DNA from: an uncultured Collinsella sp.
GTDB lineage: Bacteria; Actinomycetota; Coriobacteriia; Coriobacteriales; Coriobacteriaceae
DNA length: 47,907 bases
Reading direction: 5' to 3'
NCBI GenBank assembly: GCA_900549245.1
Contig: URNQ01000001.1
Location: 1 to 47,907 of the forward strand
In this document: positions 34,133 through 46,370 of the stretch, in pieces
Position numbering within the stretch: position 1 is the stretch's first letter
Layout: each line of letters begins with the position of its first letter
Made by a program: the position numbers and the translations under genes
The notes under the pieces: generated by a model
Databases searched by the model: none
What the model saw: the letters and a program-made list of their open reading frames with translations, nothing else
Told to the model about the DNA's origin: nothing

Positions 34133-35470
34133 ATGAACCAGCAGAACATCGATTACGTACTCCGCTCCGTAGAGCAGCGTGATATCCGCTTTGTGCGTCT
34201 GTGGTTTGTCGACATTCTCGGCCGCCTCAAGAACTTTGCCATTAGCCCCGAGGACCTCGAGGTCGCTTTTGAGGAGGGTATTGGCTTTGACGGCTCCGCT
34301 ATCGAGGGCTTTGCCACGCCCGAGGAAGCCGACATGCTGGCGTTCCCCGATGCTTCGACCTTCCAGATCCTGCCGTGGCGCCCGAGCCACAACGGCGTCG
34401 CCCGCGTGTTCTGCGACGTGTGCACTCCCGATCGCAAGCCGTTTGCCGGCGATCCGCGCGATGCCCTGCGCCGCATGTTCCGCAAGGCCGAGAAGGCCGG
34501 CTACCTGCTCAATGTGGGTGCCGAGCTGGAGTATTACTACTTCCCCGACGAGCACACCCCCGAGCCGCTCGACAACGTGGGCTACTTCGATCTTTCGGTG
34601 AGCGATGCCGCTCGCGACCTGCGTCGCAACACGGTCCTCACGCTCGAGAAGATGTCCGTGCCCGTGGAGTACACCTTCCACGCTGCCGGTCGCTCGCAGC
34701 ACGGTATGAGCCTGCGCCATGCCGAGGCCCTGAGCATGTCCGACGCCATCACCACGGCCAAGCTCATCATTAAGCAGCAGGCCTACGAGAGCGGTTGCCA
34801 CGCCTCCTTTATGCCCAAGCCGTTGGCGGGTGAGGATGGCAGTGCTATGTTCCTGTGCCAGTCGCTGTTCGACCACGACGGCAACAACGTCTTTTGGGGC
34901 GAGGACGACGAGAAGTACCACCTCTCCGATATCGCCAAGCACTACATGGCCGGCATCCTGGCGCACGCGCGCGAGATCAGCGCTATCACTAACCCCACGG
35001 TCAACTCGTATAAGCGCATCACCACGGGTGGCGACTCCGTGCCGCAGTACGCCACGTGGGGCCTGCGCAACCGCGCGAGCATGGTCCGCATCCCGGTCTA
35101 CAAGCCCGGCAAGCAGCTGTCCACGCGCATCGAGCTGCGCAGCCCCGACCCCATGGCCAACCCGTACCTGGTCAACGCCGTCACGTTAGCGGCCGGTCTG
35201 GACGGTATCGAGCGCAAGCTGGAACTCCCGCCCGAGGCAACTGCCGAGACGCTCAAGCTTACCGACCGTCAGATGGTCGAGGCCGGCTACACGCCGCTGC
35301 CGCGCTCGCTCAAAGAGGCACTCGACGTGTTTGAGGACTCGCAGTTTATGAAGGATGCCCTCGGCGAGCACATCCACAGCTTCTTCCTCAAAAAGAAGCG
35401 CGCCGAGTGGCATAAGTTTGAGTCTACGATCACCGAGTGGGAGATCAAGCACTACCTGGCGAACTCCTAA
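34133..35470 (+). CDS. glnA: Glutamine synthetase type I-alpha fold protein with degenerate metal-binding site (possible pseudoenzyme)
   Basis: FDGSAIEGF, ELEY, SFMPKP, NSYKR, NR...RIP and RIELRSPDP are retained. HHEV..GQHE is replaced by FHAA..SQHG, and NGSGMH by DGSAMF. Confidence 0.85.
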   Translation: MNQQNIDYVLRSVEQRDIRFVRLWFVDILGRLKNFAISPEDLEVAFEEGIGFDGSAIEGFATPEEADMLAFPDASTFQILPWRPSHNGVARVFCDVCTPDRKPFAGDPRDALRRMFRKAEKAGYLLNVGAELEYYYFPDEHTPEPLDNVGYFDLSVSDAARDLRRNTVLTLEKMSVPVEYTFHAAGRSQHGMSLRHAEALSMSDAITTAKLIIKQQAYESGCHASFMPKPLAGEDGSAMFLCQSLFDHDGNNVFWGEDDEKYHLSDIAKHYMAGILAHAREISAITNPTVNSYKRITTGGDSVPQYATWGLRNRASMVRIPVYKPGKQLSTRIELRSPDPMANPYLVNAVTLAAGLDGIERKLELPPEATAETLKLTDRQMVEAGYTPLPRSLKEALDVFEDSQFMKDALGEHIHSFFLKKKRAEWHKFESTITEWEIKHYLANS

Positions 35471-35520
35471 TCACGCTGGCTTGTTCCAGTACGATTGAGC
35501 TCATTTCTTTGGAGGCCGAT

Positions 35521-36183
35521 ATGTCCGAAAAGAGTGCCCTGTTCATGGCGCGCACGACGCGCTTCCACGAGTTTGCCCGCAGCTTGACGACCACCCTGGG
35601 TGTCGAGGTGAGCCTGGCAACCCCCGATTCGCCGACTGCGGCGCACGACTTTGACCTGCTGATCCTCGATTCCGATGGCATCCGCAGCGATCGCATCGAT
35701 CAGATTGCCAAATGGCTCGACGATCGCGGCGGCGTTCCCATGCTGGTGATCGTCGACGACGAGGCGCTCGGTACCCTGCGCCTGCCCAATCACGCGCATG
35801 CCGACTTTGTATGCCCCACGGCGACGCCCAACGAGCTCAAGGCTCGCGCGCAGCGCCTGATGGGCGAGGAGGAGACCGTCACCGCCGACGATGTGCTCAA
35901 TATCGATAACCTCGAGATCAACCTGGCTACCTACCAGGTGACACTCGATAACGAGCCCATCGACCTGACGCTGATGGAGTACTCGCTGCTGAGCTTTTTG
36001 GCGACGCACCCCAACCGCGCCTACAGCCGCGAAGTGCTGCTGCACCGCGTGTGGGGCTTTGAGTACTGCGGCGGCACGCGTACCGTCGACGTGCACATCC
36101 GACGCATCCGCTCCAAGGTGGGCCCGCAGATTGCGGCGCACATCACCACCGTCCGCGGCGTGGGCTATCTGTTTAAGGACTAG
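35521..36183 (+). CDS. glnR: GlnR-like atypical OmpR family response regulator
   Basis: wHTH VWGFEYCGGTRTVDVHIRRIRSKVG closely resembles actinobacterial GlnR. The receiver lacks the beta-1 acidic pair and the conserved Lys. No adjacent kinase. Confidence 0.75.
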   Translation: MSEKSALFMARTTRFHEFARSLTTTLGVEVSLATPDSPTAAHDFDLLILDSDGIRSDRIDQIAKWLDDRGGVPMLVIVDDEALGTLRLPNHAHADFVCPTATPNELKARAQRLMGEEETVTADDVLNIDNLEINLATYQVTLDNEPIDLTLMEYSLLSFLATHPNRAYSREVLLHRVWGFEYCGGTRTVDVHIRRIRSKVGPQIAAHITTVRGVGYLFKD

Positions 36184-36187
36184 ATTT

Positions 36188-36224
36188 CCACCACAAAGGG
36201 GACAGGCACCTTTGTGGCGGTTTT
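36188..36224 (+). terminator. Terminator after the glnR-like gene
   Basis: CCACCACAAAGG...CCTTTGTGGCGG followed by TTTT. Confidence 0.7.
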
Positions 36225-36391
36225 GACGCATGTGTGGACCTCTTTTGGGCCTGCGGTAGAACTTAAGCCTTCCTAAAAGATTGCGTTCTCATACACTTGC
36301 GCCCGCATATTGGGGTACAACTCAACGTGAACAATGATGGCCCGCCACGTGTTTGGCGGGCCTTTGGTTATTTGACGAAAGGATCGCAGCT

Positions 36392-37852
36392 ATGAGCGAG
36401 AACGATTCCCAGCGTCCCCAGGATGTTGGCAATGCCAGCGAGACTCAGCAGCAGCCGCGCGTGCAGGTGGAGTCGACGCCTGCCGGCAGCAACATTCCCT
36501 ACGTGCAGGCCTATGACACACAGACCGGCCAGCCGCTGGGCGGTCAGCAGGTTGTAAACAAGCACACGGTGGTCAAGACCAAGACCAAAAAGCTGCCGAT
36601 CTTTATTACGGCACTCGCCGGTTGCGCCTGTGGCGCCCTGCTGGTCATTGCGCTCATTATGAGCGGTACGCTCGATATCGGTGGCGGCAAGAATGCCGTG
36701 ACGGCGGGCGCTTCGGGTTCGTCGACGCAAAAGATTACGATCGACTCCGAGGACACCACGTTGGCCGAGGCCGTTTCTGCCAAGGCCCTGCCCTCCGTCG
36801 TTTCCATCACCGCCACGTCGAGCGGCGGCCAGAATGGCTCGCTTTCGCAGTCTGCCGACGAGTCGAACAACTCGGGCAGCGTCGGTTCGGGCGTGGTGCT
36901 CGATACCGAGGGCCATATCCTCACCAACAACCACGTGGTCGATGGCTATGACCAGTACGTGGTGACCATGGACGACGGCACCACCTACGAGGCCGAGTTC
37001 GTGGGCAACGACGCTTCGAGCGACCTGGCCGTCATCAAGCTCAAGGACGCCGACGCCTCCAAGCTCACGCCGATTGAGATCGGTGATTCCTCCAAGCTCA
37101 ACGTGGGCGAGTGGGTCATGGCGATCGGCTCGCCCTTCGGCAACGAACAGTCTGTCTCCACCGGTATCGTCTCGGCGCTGTATCGCTCCACGGCCATGAG
37201 CTCTACCAGCGGCAACACCATCTATGCCAACATGATCCAGACCGATGCCGCCATCAATCCGGGCAACTCCGGCGGCGCGCTCGTCAACGACAATGGCGAG
37301 CTTGTGGGTATCAACTCGCTTATCGAGAGCTACTCGGGCTCCAGCTCGGGCGTGGGTTTTGCCATTCCGGTTAACTACGCCAAGAACATTGCCGACCAGA
37401 TCATCGACGGTAAGACGCCGGTGCATCCGTACATGGGCGCTACGCTTTCGAGCGTCAATGCGCTTAACGCCCGCACCAACAAGTTGAGCACCGATAGCGG
37501 CGCGTATGTGGCGAGCGTCGTTGAGGATGGTCCTGCCGCCAAGGCCGGCATCCAGGAGGGCGATGTCATTACCAAGCTGGGCGACGACGAGATCACGAGT
37601 GCCGACGGCCTGATCATCGCGCTGCGCAGCCACGAGGTGGGCGAGAAGGTCGAGATCACGCTCGTGCGCGGCAAGGAAGAGAAAAAGGTCACCGTCGAGC
37701 TGGGCTCCGACGAGGAGCTGCAGAACCAGCAGCAGAACGACAGCGCAACCGACACTGGCAACGGCGGTATTACCGATGAGCAGCTGCGCCAGTACCTGGA
37801 GGAGCTGCTCGGCCAGCAGGGCCAGGGTCAGGGCAACGGCCAGGGTTTCTAA
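36392..37852 (+). CDS. htrA: HtrA/DegP membrane-anchored serine protease with PDZ domain
   Basis: TM helix; catalytic triad in TNNHVV, SDLAV and INPGNSGG; C-terminal PDZ. Confidence 0.93.
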   Translation: MSENDSQRPQDVGNASETQQQPRVQVESTPAGSNIPYVQAYDTQTGQPLGGQQVVNKHTVVKTKTKKLPIFITALAGCACGALLVIALIMSGTLDIGGGKNAVTAGASGSSTQKITIDSEDTTLAEAVSAKALPSVVSITATSSGGQNGSLSQSADESNNSGSVGSGVVLDTEGHILTNNHVVDGYDQYVVTMDDGTTYEAEFVGNDASSDLAVIKLKDADASKLTPIEIGDSSKLNVGEWVMAIGSPFGNEQSVSTGIVSALYRSTAMSSTSGNTIYANMIQTDAAINPGNSGGALVNDNGELVGINSLIESYSGSSSGVGFAIPVNYAKNIADQIIDGKTPVHPYMGATLSSVNALNARTNKLSTDSGAYVASVVEDGPAAKAGIQEGDVITKLGDDEITSADGLIIALRSHEVGEKVEITLVRGKEEKKVTVELGSDEELQNQQQNDSATDTGNGGITDEQLRQYLEELLGQQGQGQGNGQGF

Positions 37853-37878
37853 CGAACCGTATTGCACATATCGAAGCC

Positions 37879-37918
37879 AGAGGGGACTGTCCCGCCAACG
37901 CGGGACAGTCCCTCTTTT
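37879..37918 (+). terminator. Terminator after htrA
   Basis: GGGACTGTCCCG...CGGGACAGTCCC followed by TCTTTT. Confidence 0.8.
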
Positions 37919-38068
37919 CCTATTGATTCGTTGGGGACGGAGGAAAACGGATCATGTAGAAACGGCAAGGGCATGGTTTGATCGCGCGATCCACTCCGGT
38001 CTGGCGGCTGCCGATTCGGTGCGGTTTGAAAGGGCTGTTCGGCCTCATTGTGACCGGTGGTACTCTAG

Positions 38069-40330
<2,262 letters not shown>

Positions 40331-40335
40331 TGATT

Positions 40336-40371
40336 TGTTGAGGAACTGCGCAGAGGCTCAGTTCCTCAACA
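40336..40371. terminator. Hairpin between convergent ligA and the AT-rich gene pair
   Basis: TGTTGAGGAACTG (40336-40348) and CAGTTCCTCAACA (40359-40371). Confidence 0.6.
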
Positions 40372-40752
40372 TCTCCTTATAGTGTTTGCCTGTTCAATTT
40401 CGATATCGTTTCCCTCGTATGATCCAGATGCGTCTACCGAGTCAAAGCGTGAGTAGGAAACTCTTGTCCCAACTTTGATTTGGGAAAGCTTGTCTTTGAT
40501 TCGGCCAGATGAGGGGAATGTAATCCGGGTTTGCTTTCCAGCGTCGGTGTAGCGGGGACTGTTGTCTGTTTGGATTACGAGTTCCGTTCCCTCAATAGAA
40601 TGAACGCTGCCGGCTCCAAAGACAAGGTAATCATCTCCTCCGCTATAGCGGGCTCTATCTGTGCATGAAGAAACGGATGCAAACATAGCGAAAATCACCA
40701 ATATCGTAACCAGGGCAAAGGCCGTGGTGCCATAGCATTTTGATGGTGCCAT
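40366..40752 (-). CDS. Hypothetical small lipoprotein or membrane protein
   Basis: Hydrophobic N-terminus ending in a lipobox-like VSSC. Starts right after the protease-like gene. Start could be 40752 or 40764. Confidence 0.6.
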   Translation of the reverse strand: MAPSKCYGTTAFALVTILVIFAMFASVSSCTDRARYSGGDDYLVFGAGSVHSIEGTELVIQTDNSPRYTDAGKQTRITFPSSGRIKDKLSQIKVGTRVSYSRFDSVDASGSYEGNDIEIEQANTIRRC

Positions 40753-40757
40753 CCGGT

Positions 40758-41930
40758 CTACCAAAAGACTGTTCCGTTCAATTTGACCATATTGGGCGTT
40801 GCATAGTTAATCGCTCGGGGATAAGTGTTCCATCCGTCGAATACTTCGAGCCACTGCAGTTCGATGCCAGAGCTTCCATTACGCCCAGTAAAATAGCCAG
40901 TTACCGTGACTGTATGACCTGATAGCTCGACGGATCCTTCACTGTTTCGGCTGTTGATCCACATATGATACAAGCCGATATTCCCTTGATCGATAGTTGC
41001 TCTGTACTGAGCGAATTGAGGCTGATAACCGAAAAATTGAGTATTAAGTGCTCTACCCTTTTGAGCGGCAAGACTTTTAAACGGAACAATTCCATCTGGG
41101 ATGATCGTTCTTCCGTACTCGACGCCCTGATCATTGGTCTTATACGTTGTTGTGCCAGTGACGTTCCATATTTCTTTATAATAATCGGGATTAAATTGAT
41201 TAGCGTTTGAACTGGTGAGACCGTAATGCATTGATACAGCGTACAAGGCAGAAACGACGCATGCATACTTATTAGTGCGGGCTTCAACTAATGATTCCGA
41301 GACTCTTCGGAACGGTATTCCGTTTAAATCGTCTATTTGGAAATGCAACATCAAGTCATCTTCATTGATAATGACTGCATCCCATGAAGTTGGGTTATTG
41401 CTTTGAGGTGCTATACCCTTTTCGGTGACAATCGGGACAGACCGTATATTGTTATAGTTGGTTACACAGTCTCTAGTTCCTGGCACCAAAGTTCCATATT
41501 CAATATCGTTGTACGAAATTAGTACGGTTGGGTTTGTGGCCTGTTGGCCGGAATAAGTTGAAATGGCGTTTGATAGAGAAGCTGAAATCGGAAGAATGGT
41601 ATCGCCGAGGGTTATCTCCTTCAGAAGCCCAGGATATGATGCGTCAAGTATTAAATAACCGTAAGGGCTTCCTTCCCTTGTGACACTGATTTCATAGCCA
41701 CAGATAAGGCCGATTTGTTGGCATACGGGAACGATTTGCTCGATCTCTAAGTTCGCGGATCCGTCGACGATGGGCAACAGGGAAAGCGCGTAGTCTTGTG
41801 CTAGGTCTGATGTAAAAGCGACGGATGAGTTTGAGTCGGCAGCGAATACTCTTGTTGGGCGTGACGCGGATAAGCCAATGATCGAGGCTAGGCCGAGAAG
41901 AAACGAGCGACGTGATTGAACTCTGGGCAT
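40758..41930 (-). CDS. Tat-exported papain-fold (C39/C47/C10-like) cysteine peptidase-like protein
   Basis: SRRSFL twin-arginine signal with VFA cleavage site. Putative Cys-His-Asp triad in YACVVSA, GHTVTVTGY and FDGW. AGGAG RBS; AT-rich DNA. Confidence 0.65.
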   Translation of the reverse strand: MPRVQSRRSFLLGLASIIGLSASRPTRVFAADSNSSVAFTSDLAQDYALSLLPIVDGSANLEIEQIVPVCQQIGLICGYEISVTREGSPYGYLILDASYPGLLKEITLGDTILPISASLSNAISTYSGQQATNPTVLISYNDIEYGTLVPGTRDCVTNYNNIRSVPIVTEKGIAPQSNNPTSWDAVIINEDDLMLHFQIDDLNGIPFRRVSESLVEARTNKYACVVSALYAVSMHYGLTSSNANQFNPDYYKEIWNVTGTTTYKTNDQGVEYGRTIIPDGIVPFKSLAAQKGRALNTQFFGYQPQFAQYRATIDQGNIGLYHMWINSRNSEGSVELSGHTVTVTGYFTGRNGSSGIELQWLEVFDGWNTYPRAINYATPNMVKLNGTVFW

Positions 41931-42038
41931 AATGTCTCCTGCCTATGGGGGGCAATATGCTGTCATTTTATTTGCTACAAAATACAATCTAATTCGGATT
42001 AAGGTAAATGGATGGAATTGCTCGATAAATGGTAGTGA

Positions 42039-42878
42039 TTAGCGGACCGGTATCGCGATCCTCGTCACATACGCTCCCGGATCGTCGCTGATGATGTCGT
42101 CGATGAGGGCGATTTCGCGCGAGGGACCGGCGGGGGACAGGTCGCGCTCGTGCATGTAATCGAGTAAGCGCTCATAGCGCGGGGCCGCCTGACCGTGCGT
42201 GCCGCGGAAGCTGACCGTCAGACACCGCGCGGCGGGACGTACTTCGACATCGCCCAGGTAATCGTCCGTGTCATCCAGCAGCAGAAAAACCTCGTCGTAG
42301 CCATCAAAGTCGCCGGCGGCAAGGCGTTCGGGCGCGATCCCGACGCCCAAGTTGCCCAGAAAGACAAAGGTCTCGTGCTGACCCTTCTGTAGCTGACGAA
42401 TCTGCCATTCCAGCGCATATGCGTCGGTAGGGTTGACGCGTTCGCTCAGCACGGCGCAGTGAAGCTCGGGCGCATCGATTGTGCAAATGGTATCGAGCTC
42501 GGTGTTTAGGGCATCGTGCAGCAGGGCAAGTCGGTTATCGATCTTGCGCGACACGCGCTCCAGCTCGCTGCGCTTGCGCTCGATGAGCTCCTGCTGCTGA
42601 GCCAGCTGCCGCTGCATGAGGTTCACATCGCGCGTTGTCACAAACTCGCGGATTTGTGCGAGCGGCAAGTTGAGAACACGCAGGTGGCTGATGGTGTTGA
42701 GGGTGGAGAGCTGCCGCGATCCGTAGTAGCGGTACCCACTCGTCGGATCGACATATGCCGGTTCCAATAGCCCCATCTGTTCGTAATGGCGCAGTGTGCC
42801 CACGCTCAAATTGAGCAAGCGCGCCACCTCGCCAATGCGGAGCAGGCCCTCGGTGTGTTCGCTTGGCATGTCGGTCAC
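42039..42878 (-). CDS. MerR family (BmrR-like) regulator with GyrI-like effector domain
   Basis: IGEVARLLNLSVGTLRHYEQMGLL.P...SGYRYY; C-terminal FRGTH...RE...T.I.IPV. Confidence 0.93.
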   Translation of the reverse strand: MTDMPSEHTEGLLRIGEVARLLNLSVGTLRHYEQMGLLEPAYVDPTSGYRYYGSRQLSTLNTISHLRVLNLPLAQIREFVTTRDVNLMQRQLAQQQELIERKRSELERVSRKIDNRLALLHDALNTELDTICTIDAPELHCAVLSERVNPTDAYALEWQIRQLQKGQHETFVFLGNLGVGIAPERLAAGDFDGYDEVFLLLDDTDDYLGDVEVRPAARCLTVSFRGTHGQAAPRYERLLDYMHERDLSPAGPSREIALIDDIISDDPGAYVTRIAIPVR

Positions 42879-42932
42879 AGGACCGCTCCTTTCGGTAAAA
42901 CAGGGGAGAGGCGCTAGGCCTGCGTTGCCCCG

Positions 42933-44279
42933 CTACGCCATCAGCTTGTCAAAAGTTCCGCGGCGGTTGAGCACGGTAAATGCAATCACGCAGATGGCCG
43001 CCGACAGAATCGACCCGCACGGCGAGGCGATGCCCATGGGGAACAGCGTGTCGGAATAGGCGTTCGACAGCAGCCACGCGCCCGGCACGCGAATGAGCGC
43101 CACGGCCAGCACGTTGTGCGCAAAGCCGATGTAGCTCTTGCCATACGCGGCGAAAAAGCCACTAAAGCAAATGTGGATGCCGGCAAAGATTGCGTCGAAA
43201 ATATAGCTGCGCATATAGCCGGCACCCGCCGTGACCACTGCAGCGTCCTTGGCAAAAAAGCCGATAAAAACCGGCGCCACCAGCCACATCAGCACCGTGA
43301 TCAGGCAGCCGTACACCACCGAGATCGTCATGGCATCCTTGAGCACCTGACGCGCGCGGTCGCCCTTGCCCGCGCCGGCGTTTTGCGCCGTGAGCGCGCT
43401 GACGGTAGCGCCCATAGAACTCGGCACGATAAACAAAAAGCTGATCATCTTTTCGACCAGGCCCACGGCGGCGGCGTCGACCAGGCCGCGGTGGTTGGCG
43501 ATGACGGTGATGAACATAAACGCCACCTGGATGCAGCCGTCCTGCACGGCCACGGGCACGCCGATCTTAAGAATGCTGCCGAGCACCTCGGGCTGGGGGC
43601 GCAGGTCGCTGCGCTTAACGTGGATGTTTGTGCGACGGCTCTTGAGCCACACGAGCGCGAGGGCCACGCTCGCCGTCTGCGCGGTCACCGTGCCGAGCGC
43701 CGCGCCCACGGGGCCGAGCCCCATGTGGCCGATAAACAGAAAATCAAGCGCGATGTTGATGATACATGCCACGCCGATCACGTACATGGGCGAGCGCGAA
43801 TCGCCCAGCCCGCGAAAGATGGCCGAAAGAATGTTGTATGCGGCGATAAACGGAATGCCCATAAAGCAAATGCGCAGGTAGGCGGCGGTGCCTTCGACCG
43901 CCTCGGCCGGCGTGCCAATGAGCGCCACGATCTGCGGGCACAGTGCGAGCAAGATAGCGGCCAGCACCACCGAGACACCCATAAAGAGCGTGATGGTGTT
44001 GCCGATGGCGGTCTCGGCGCGGTCGAAGCGGCGCGAACCCACGGCGTGGCCGACGATGACCGTCGTTCCCATGGCCAGGCCCACGAGCGTCACGGTAATG
44101 ATATAGAGCGTCTGCGCGCCGTTGCCCACGGCGGTGATGCCGGCGGCGCCGCTAAACTGCCCCATCATGTACAGGTCGGCCATGCCGTAGAGCATCTGCA
44201 AAAAGTACGAGAGCATATAGGGCAGGGCAAAGACCGCGATGGTCTTAAGGACATTGCCGCGTGTGAGGTCGTGTTCCAT
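42933..44279 (-). CDS. MATE family efflux transporter
   Basis: DLTRGNVLK, YGMADL, RGLGDSRSP, NIALDFLFI, GAALGT; two-repeat multi-TM pattern. Confidence 0.93.
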   Translation of the reverse strand: MEHDLTRGNVLKTIAVFALPYMLSYFLQMLYGMADLYMMGQFSGAAGITAVGNGAQTLYIITVTLVGLAMGTTVIVGHAVGSRRFDRAETAIGNTITLFMGVSVVLAAILLALCPQIVALIGTPAEAVEGTAAYLRICFMGIPFIAAYNILSAIFRGLGDSRSPMYVIGVACIINIALDFLFIGHMGLGPVGAALGTVTAQTASVALALVWLKSRRTNIHVKRSDLRPQPEVLGSILKIGVPVAVQDGCIQVAFMFITVIANHRGLVDAAAVGLVEKMISFLFIVPSSMGATVSALTAQNAGAGKGDRARQVLKDAMTISVVYGCLITVLMWLVAPVFIGFFAKDAAVVTAGAGYMRSYIFDAIFAGIHICFSGFFAAYGKSYIGFAHNVLAVALIRVPGAWLLSNAYSDTLFPMGIASPCGSILSAAICVIAFTVLNRRGTFDKLMA

Positions 44280-44319
44280 GGGCGGGGCTTTCTGGCTTGG
44301 TCTGTTTACGTACCAGTGT

Positions 44320-44350
44320 AGTGAAAACCCTACAACGATTGTAGAGTCAA
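44320..44350 (-). promoter_or_regulatory. MerR-type promoter and operator for the MATE-merR operon
   Basis: On the minus strand: TTGACT, a 19-bp spacer containing the dyad CTACAA-TCG-TTGTAG, then TTCACT. Confidence 0.75.
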
Positions 44351-44540
44351 GGTTTGTGTTGGCGGCGGGGCGAAAAAAGGTCACGCTCGTAATCATTTCC
44401 GTTGAATGCAGACATAAGCCGTACAAGCGTGGTGCCTGAGCTGGCCTTAAAGAAATCGATTTCGCATCACTTGACACTGTTGCCTGTCGCGCAATAATAC
44501 ATGCGTTTGCGAATGACGTTTGACGGAGATGATGATACGG

Positions 44541-46370
44541 GTGCGTAATCTCAAACTGTTGATGTCCTATCTCGGCGAATTCAAGCGCGATTTTATCCTT
44601 GGCGTGCTGTTCATCGCCGTCGAGACTGCGCTTGAGCTCTTTATTCCCGTGATCATGGCTAACATCATCGACGTGGGCGTGCCCGCGCGCGACACCGGCT
44701 ACATCCTATTCCAGGGAGCACTCATGTTGGTGTGCGCGGCCGTGTCGCTTGTACTCGGCCTCGGCTATGCGCGTTATTCGGCACGTGTGGCAGTGGGCCT
44801 CGGCGCCAACCTGCGCGCCGCGGAGTACCGCAAGATCCAGACCCTCGCCTTCGGCAATCTCGATGAATACGAGACGAGCTCGCTGGTCACTCGCATGACC
44901 ACCGACATCACCGTGATTCAAAACGCCGTAGGTAACGGCTTCCGCCCCATGGTGCGCGGGCCGGTAAATCTGATCATGGGCCTCGTCTACGCCTTTGCAC
45001 TCTCGCGCGAGCTCGCGGCGGTCTTTGCCGTCATTCTACCGATGCTTGCCATCGTGCTCGGTATCATTACCGTGCGCGTGAGCCCGCTCTACCGCCAACT
45101 CCAGACCTCGATGGACCACCTCAACGGCGTGGTGCAAGAGGACCTTACCGCGGTGCGCGCTGTGAAGGCTTACGTGCGCGCCGAGCACGAGTGCGACAAG
45201 TTCGACACCGTCAATACCGAGCTCGCCGGCACGGCGACCAAGACCTTCGGCACCGCCGTGCTCAACCTGCCGGTGTTCCAACTCTCGATGTACGTGGCTG
45301 CGCTCTCTATTCTGTGGATTGGCGGCCGCATGATCATCGAAGGTCGCTTGGGCGTGGGCTCGCTTACGGGCTTTATGAGCTACGTGCTACTGATCATGAA
45401 CTCGCTCATGATGATCTCCAACGTGTTTTTGCTGCTCACGCGCGCTCTCACGAGTGTGGGCCGTATCGCAGAGGTGCTCGATGAAGAGCCCGTTATCGCC
45501 AATCCTGTGGGAGACCTCGCGACTGCGACGCCAGCGGACGGCAGTATCGAGTTTCGCGACGTTTCCTTTAAATACCGCGCGGATGCAGCCGAGGATGTGC
45601 TCGAGCATATCGACCTTCGCATCGAGAACGGCTCGACGGTGGGCATCCTCGGCGGCACGGGTTCGGGCAAGAGCTCGCTTGTGCAGCTGATTGCGCGCCT
45701 GTACGACGCCACCGAGGGCGCCGTGCTTGTGGGCGGACGCGACGTGCGCGACTACGACCTGGCCGCCTTGCGCGACGCCGTGGGCATTGTGCTGCAAAAG
45801 AATGTGTTGTTCACGGGCACCGTGCGCGAGAACTTGCAGTGGGGCAATCCGCAGGCGTCGGACGATGAGCTCCTCGCGGCTTGCCGCGCGGCATGCGTGG
45901 ACGAGTTCCTGGATCGCATCGGCGGGCTGGACGGCGAGTTGGGCCAAGGCGGCGCCGGTGTTTCGGGTGGCCAGAAGCAACGCCTGTGCATCGCGCGCAC
46001 GCTGCTCAAGCATCCGCGCGTGCTCATTTTTGATGATTCCACCAGCGCGGTTGATATGGCGACCGACGCTAAGATTCGCGAGCACATCGCTCGGATTCCC
46101 GATACGACGGTGCTCATCATCGCCCAGCGCATCGCGAGCGTCATGGATGCCGATCGCATTGTGGTGTTGGACGACGGTCGTGTCCACGGCGTGGGCACGC
46201 ACGGGGAACTGCTGGCGGGCGACAACATATACCAGGAGATTTACGCCTCGCAGATGGAGTTTGCGGGGAACGCGGACGCCGGCGACGGCAGCGACGATGA
46301 GTGCGCGAATGATCCGTTTTCTTCCGTCCCCAGCGGATCGCCCTTGGAAGGGGGTGTGCGCCATGCCTAA
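44541..46370 (+). CDS. Heterodimeric ABC exporter subunit (TMD+NBD) carrying the degenerate site
   Basis: GGTGSGKS, VSGGQKQR, Walker B LIFDD (Glu to Asp), switch IAQR (His to Gln). Start uncertain (44520-44541). Confidence 0.9.
   Translation: MRNLKLLMSYLGEFKRDFILGVLFIAVETALELFIPVIMANIIDVGVPARDTGYILFQGALMLVCAAVSLVLGLGYARYSARVAVGLGANLRAAEYRKIQTLAFGNLDEYETSSLVTRMTTDITVIQNAVGNGFRPMVRGPVNLIMGLVYAFALSRELAAVFAVILPMLAIVLGIITVRVSPLYRQLQTSMDHLNGVVQEDLTAVRAVKAYVRAEHECDKFDTVNTELAGTATKTFGTAVLNLPVFQLSMYVAALSILWIGGRMIIEGRLGVGSLTGFMSYVLLIMNSLMMISNVFLLLTRALTSVGRIAEVLDEEPVIANPVGDLATATPADGSIEFRDVSFKYRADAAEDVLEHIDLRIENGSTVGILGGTGSGKSSLVQLIARLYDATEGAVLVGGRDVRDYDLAALRDAVGIVLQKNVLFTGTVRENLQWGNPQASDDELLAACRAACVDEFLDRIGGLDGELGQGGAGVSGGQKQRLCIARTLLKHPRVLIFDDSTSAVDMATDAKIREHIARIPDTTVLIIAQRIASVMDADRIVVLDDGRVHGVGTHGELLAGDNIYQEIYASQMEFAGNADAGDGSDDECANDPFSSVPSGSPLEGGVRHA

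Noticed and set aside
45960..46140. Non-canonical Walker B and switch residues in the first ABC subunit
   Set aside because: This is the standard degenerate site of heterodimeric ABC exporters.
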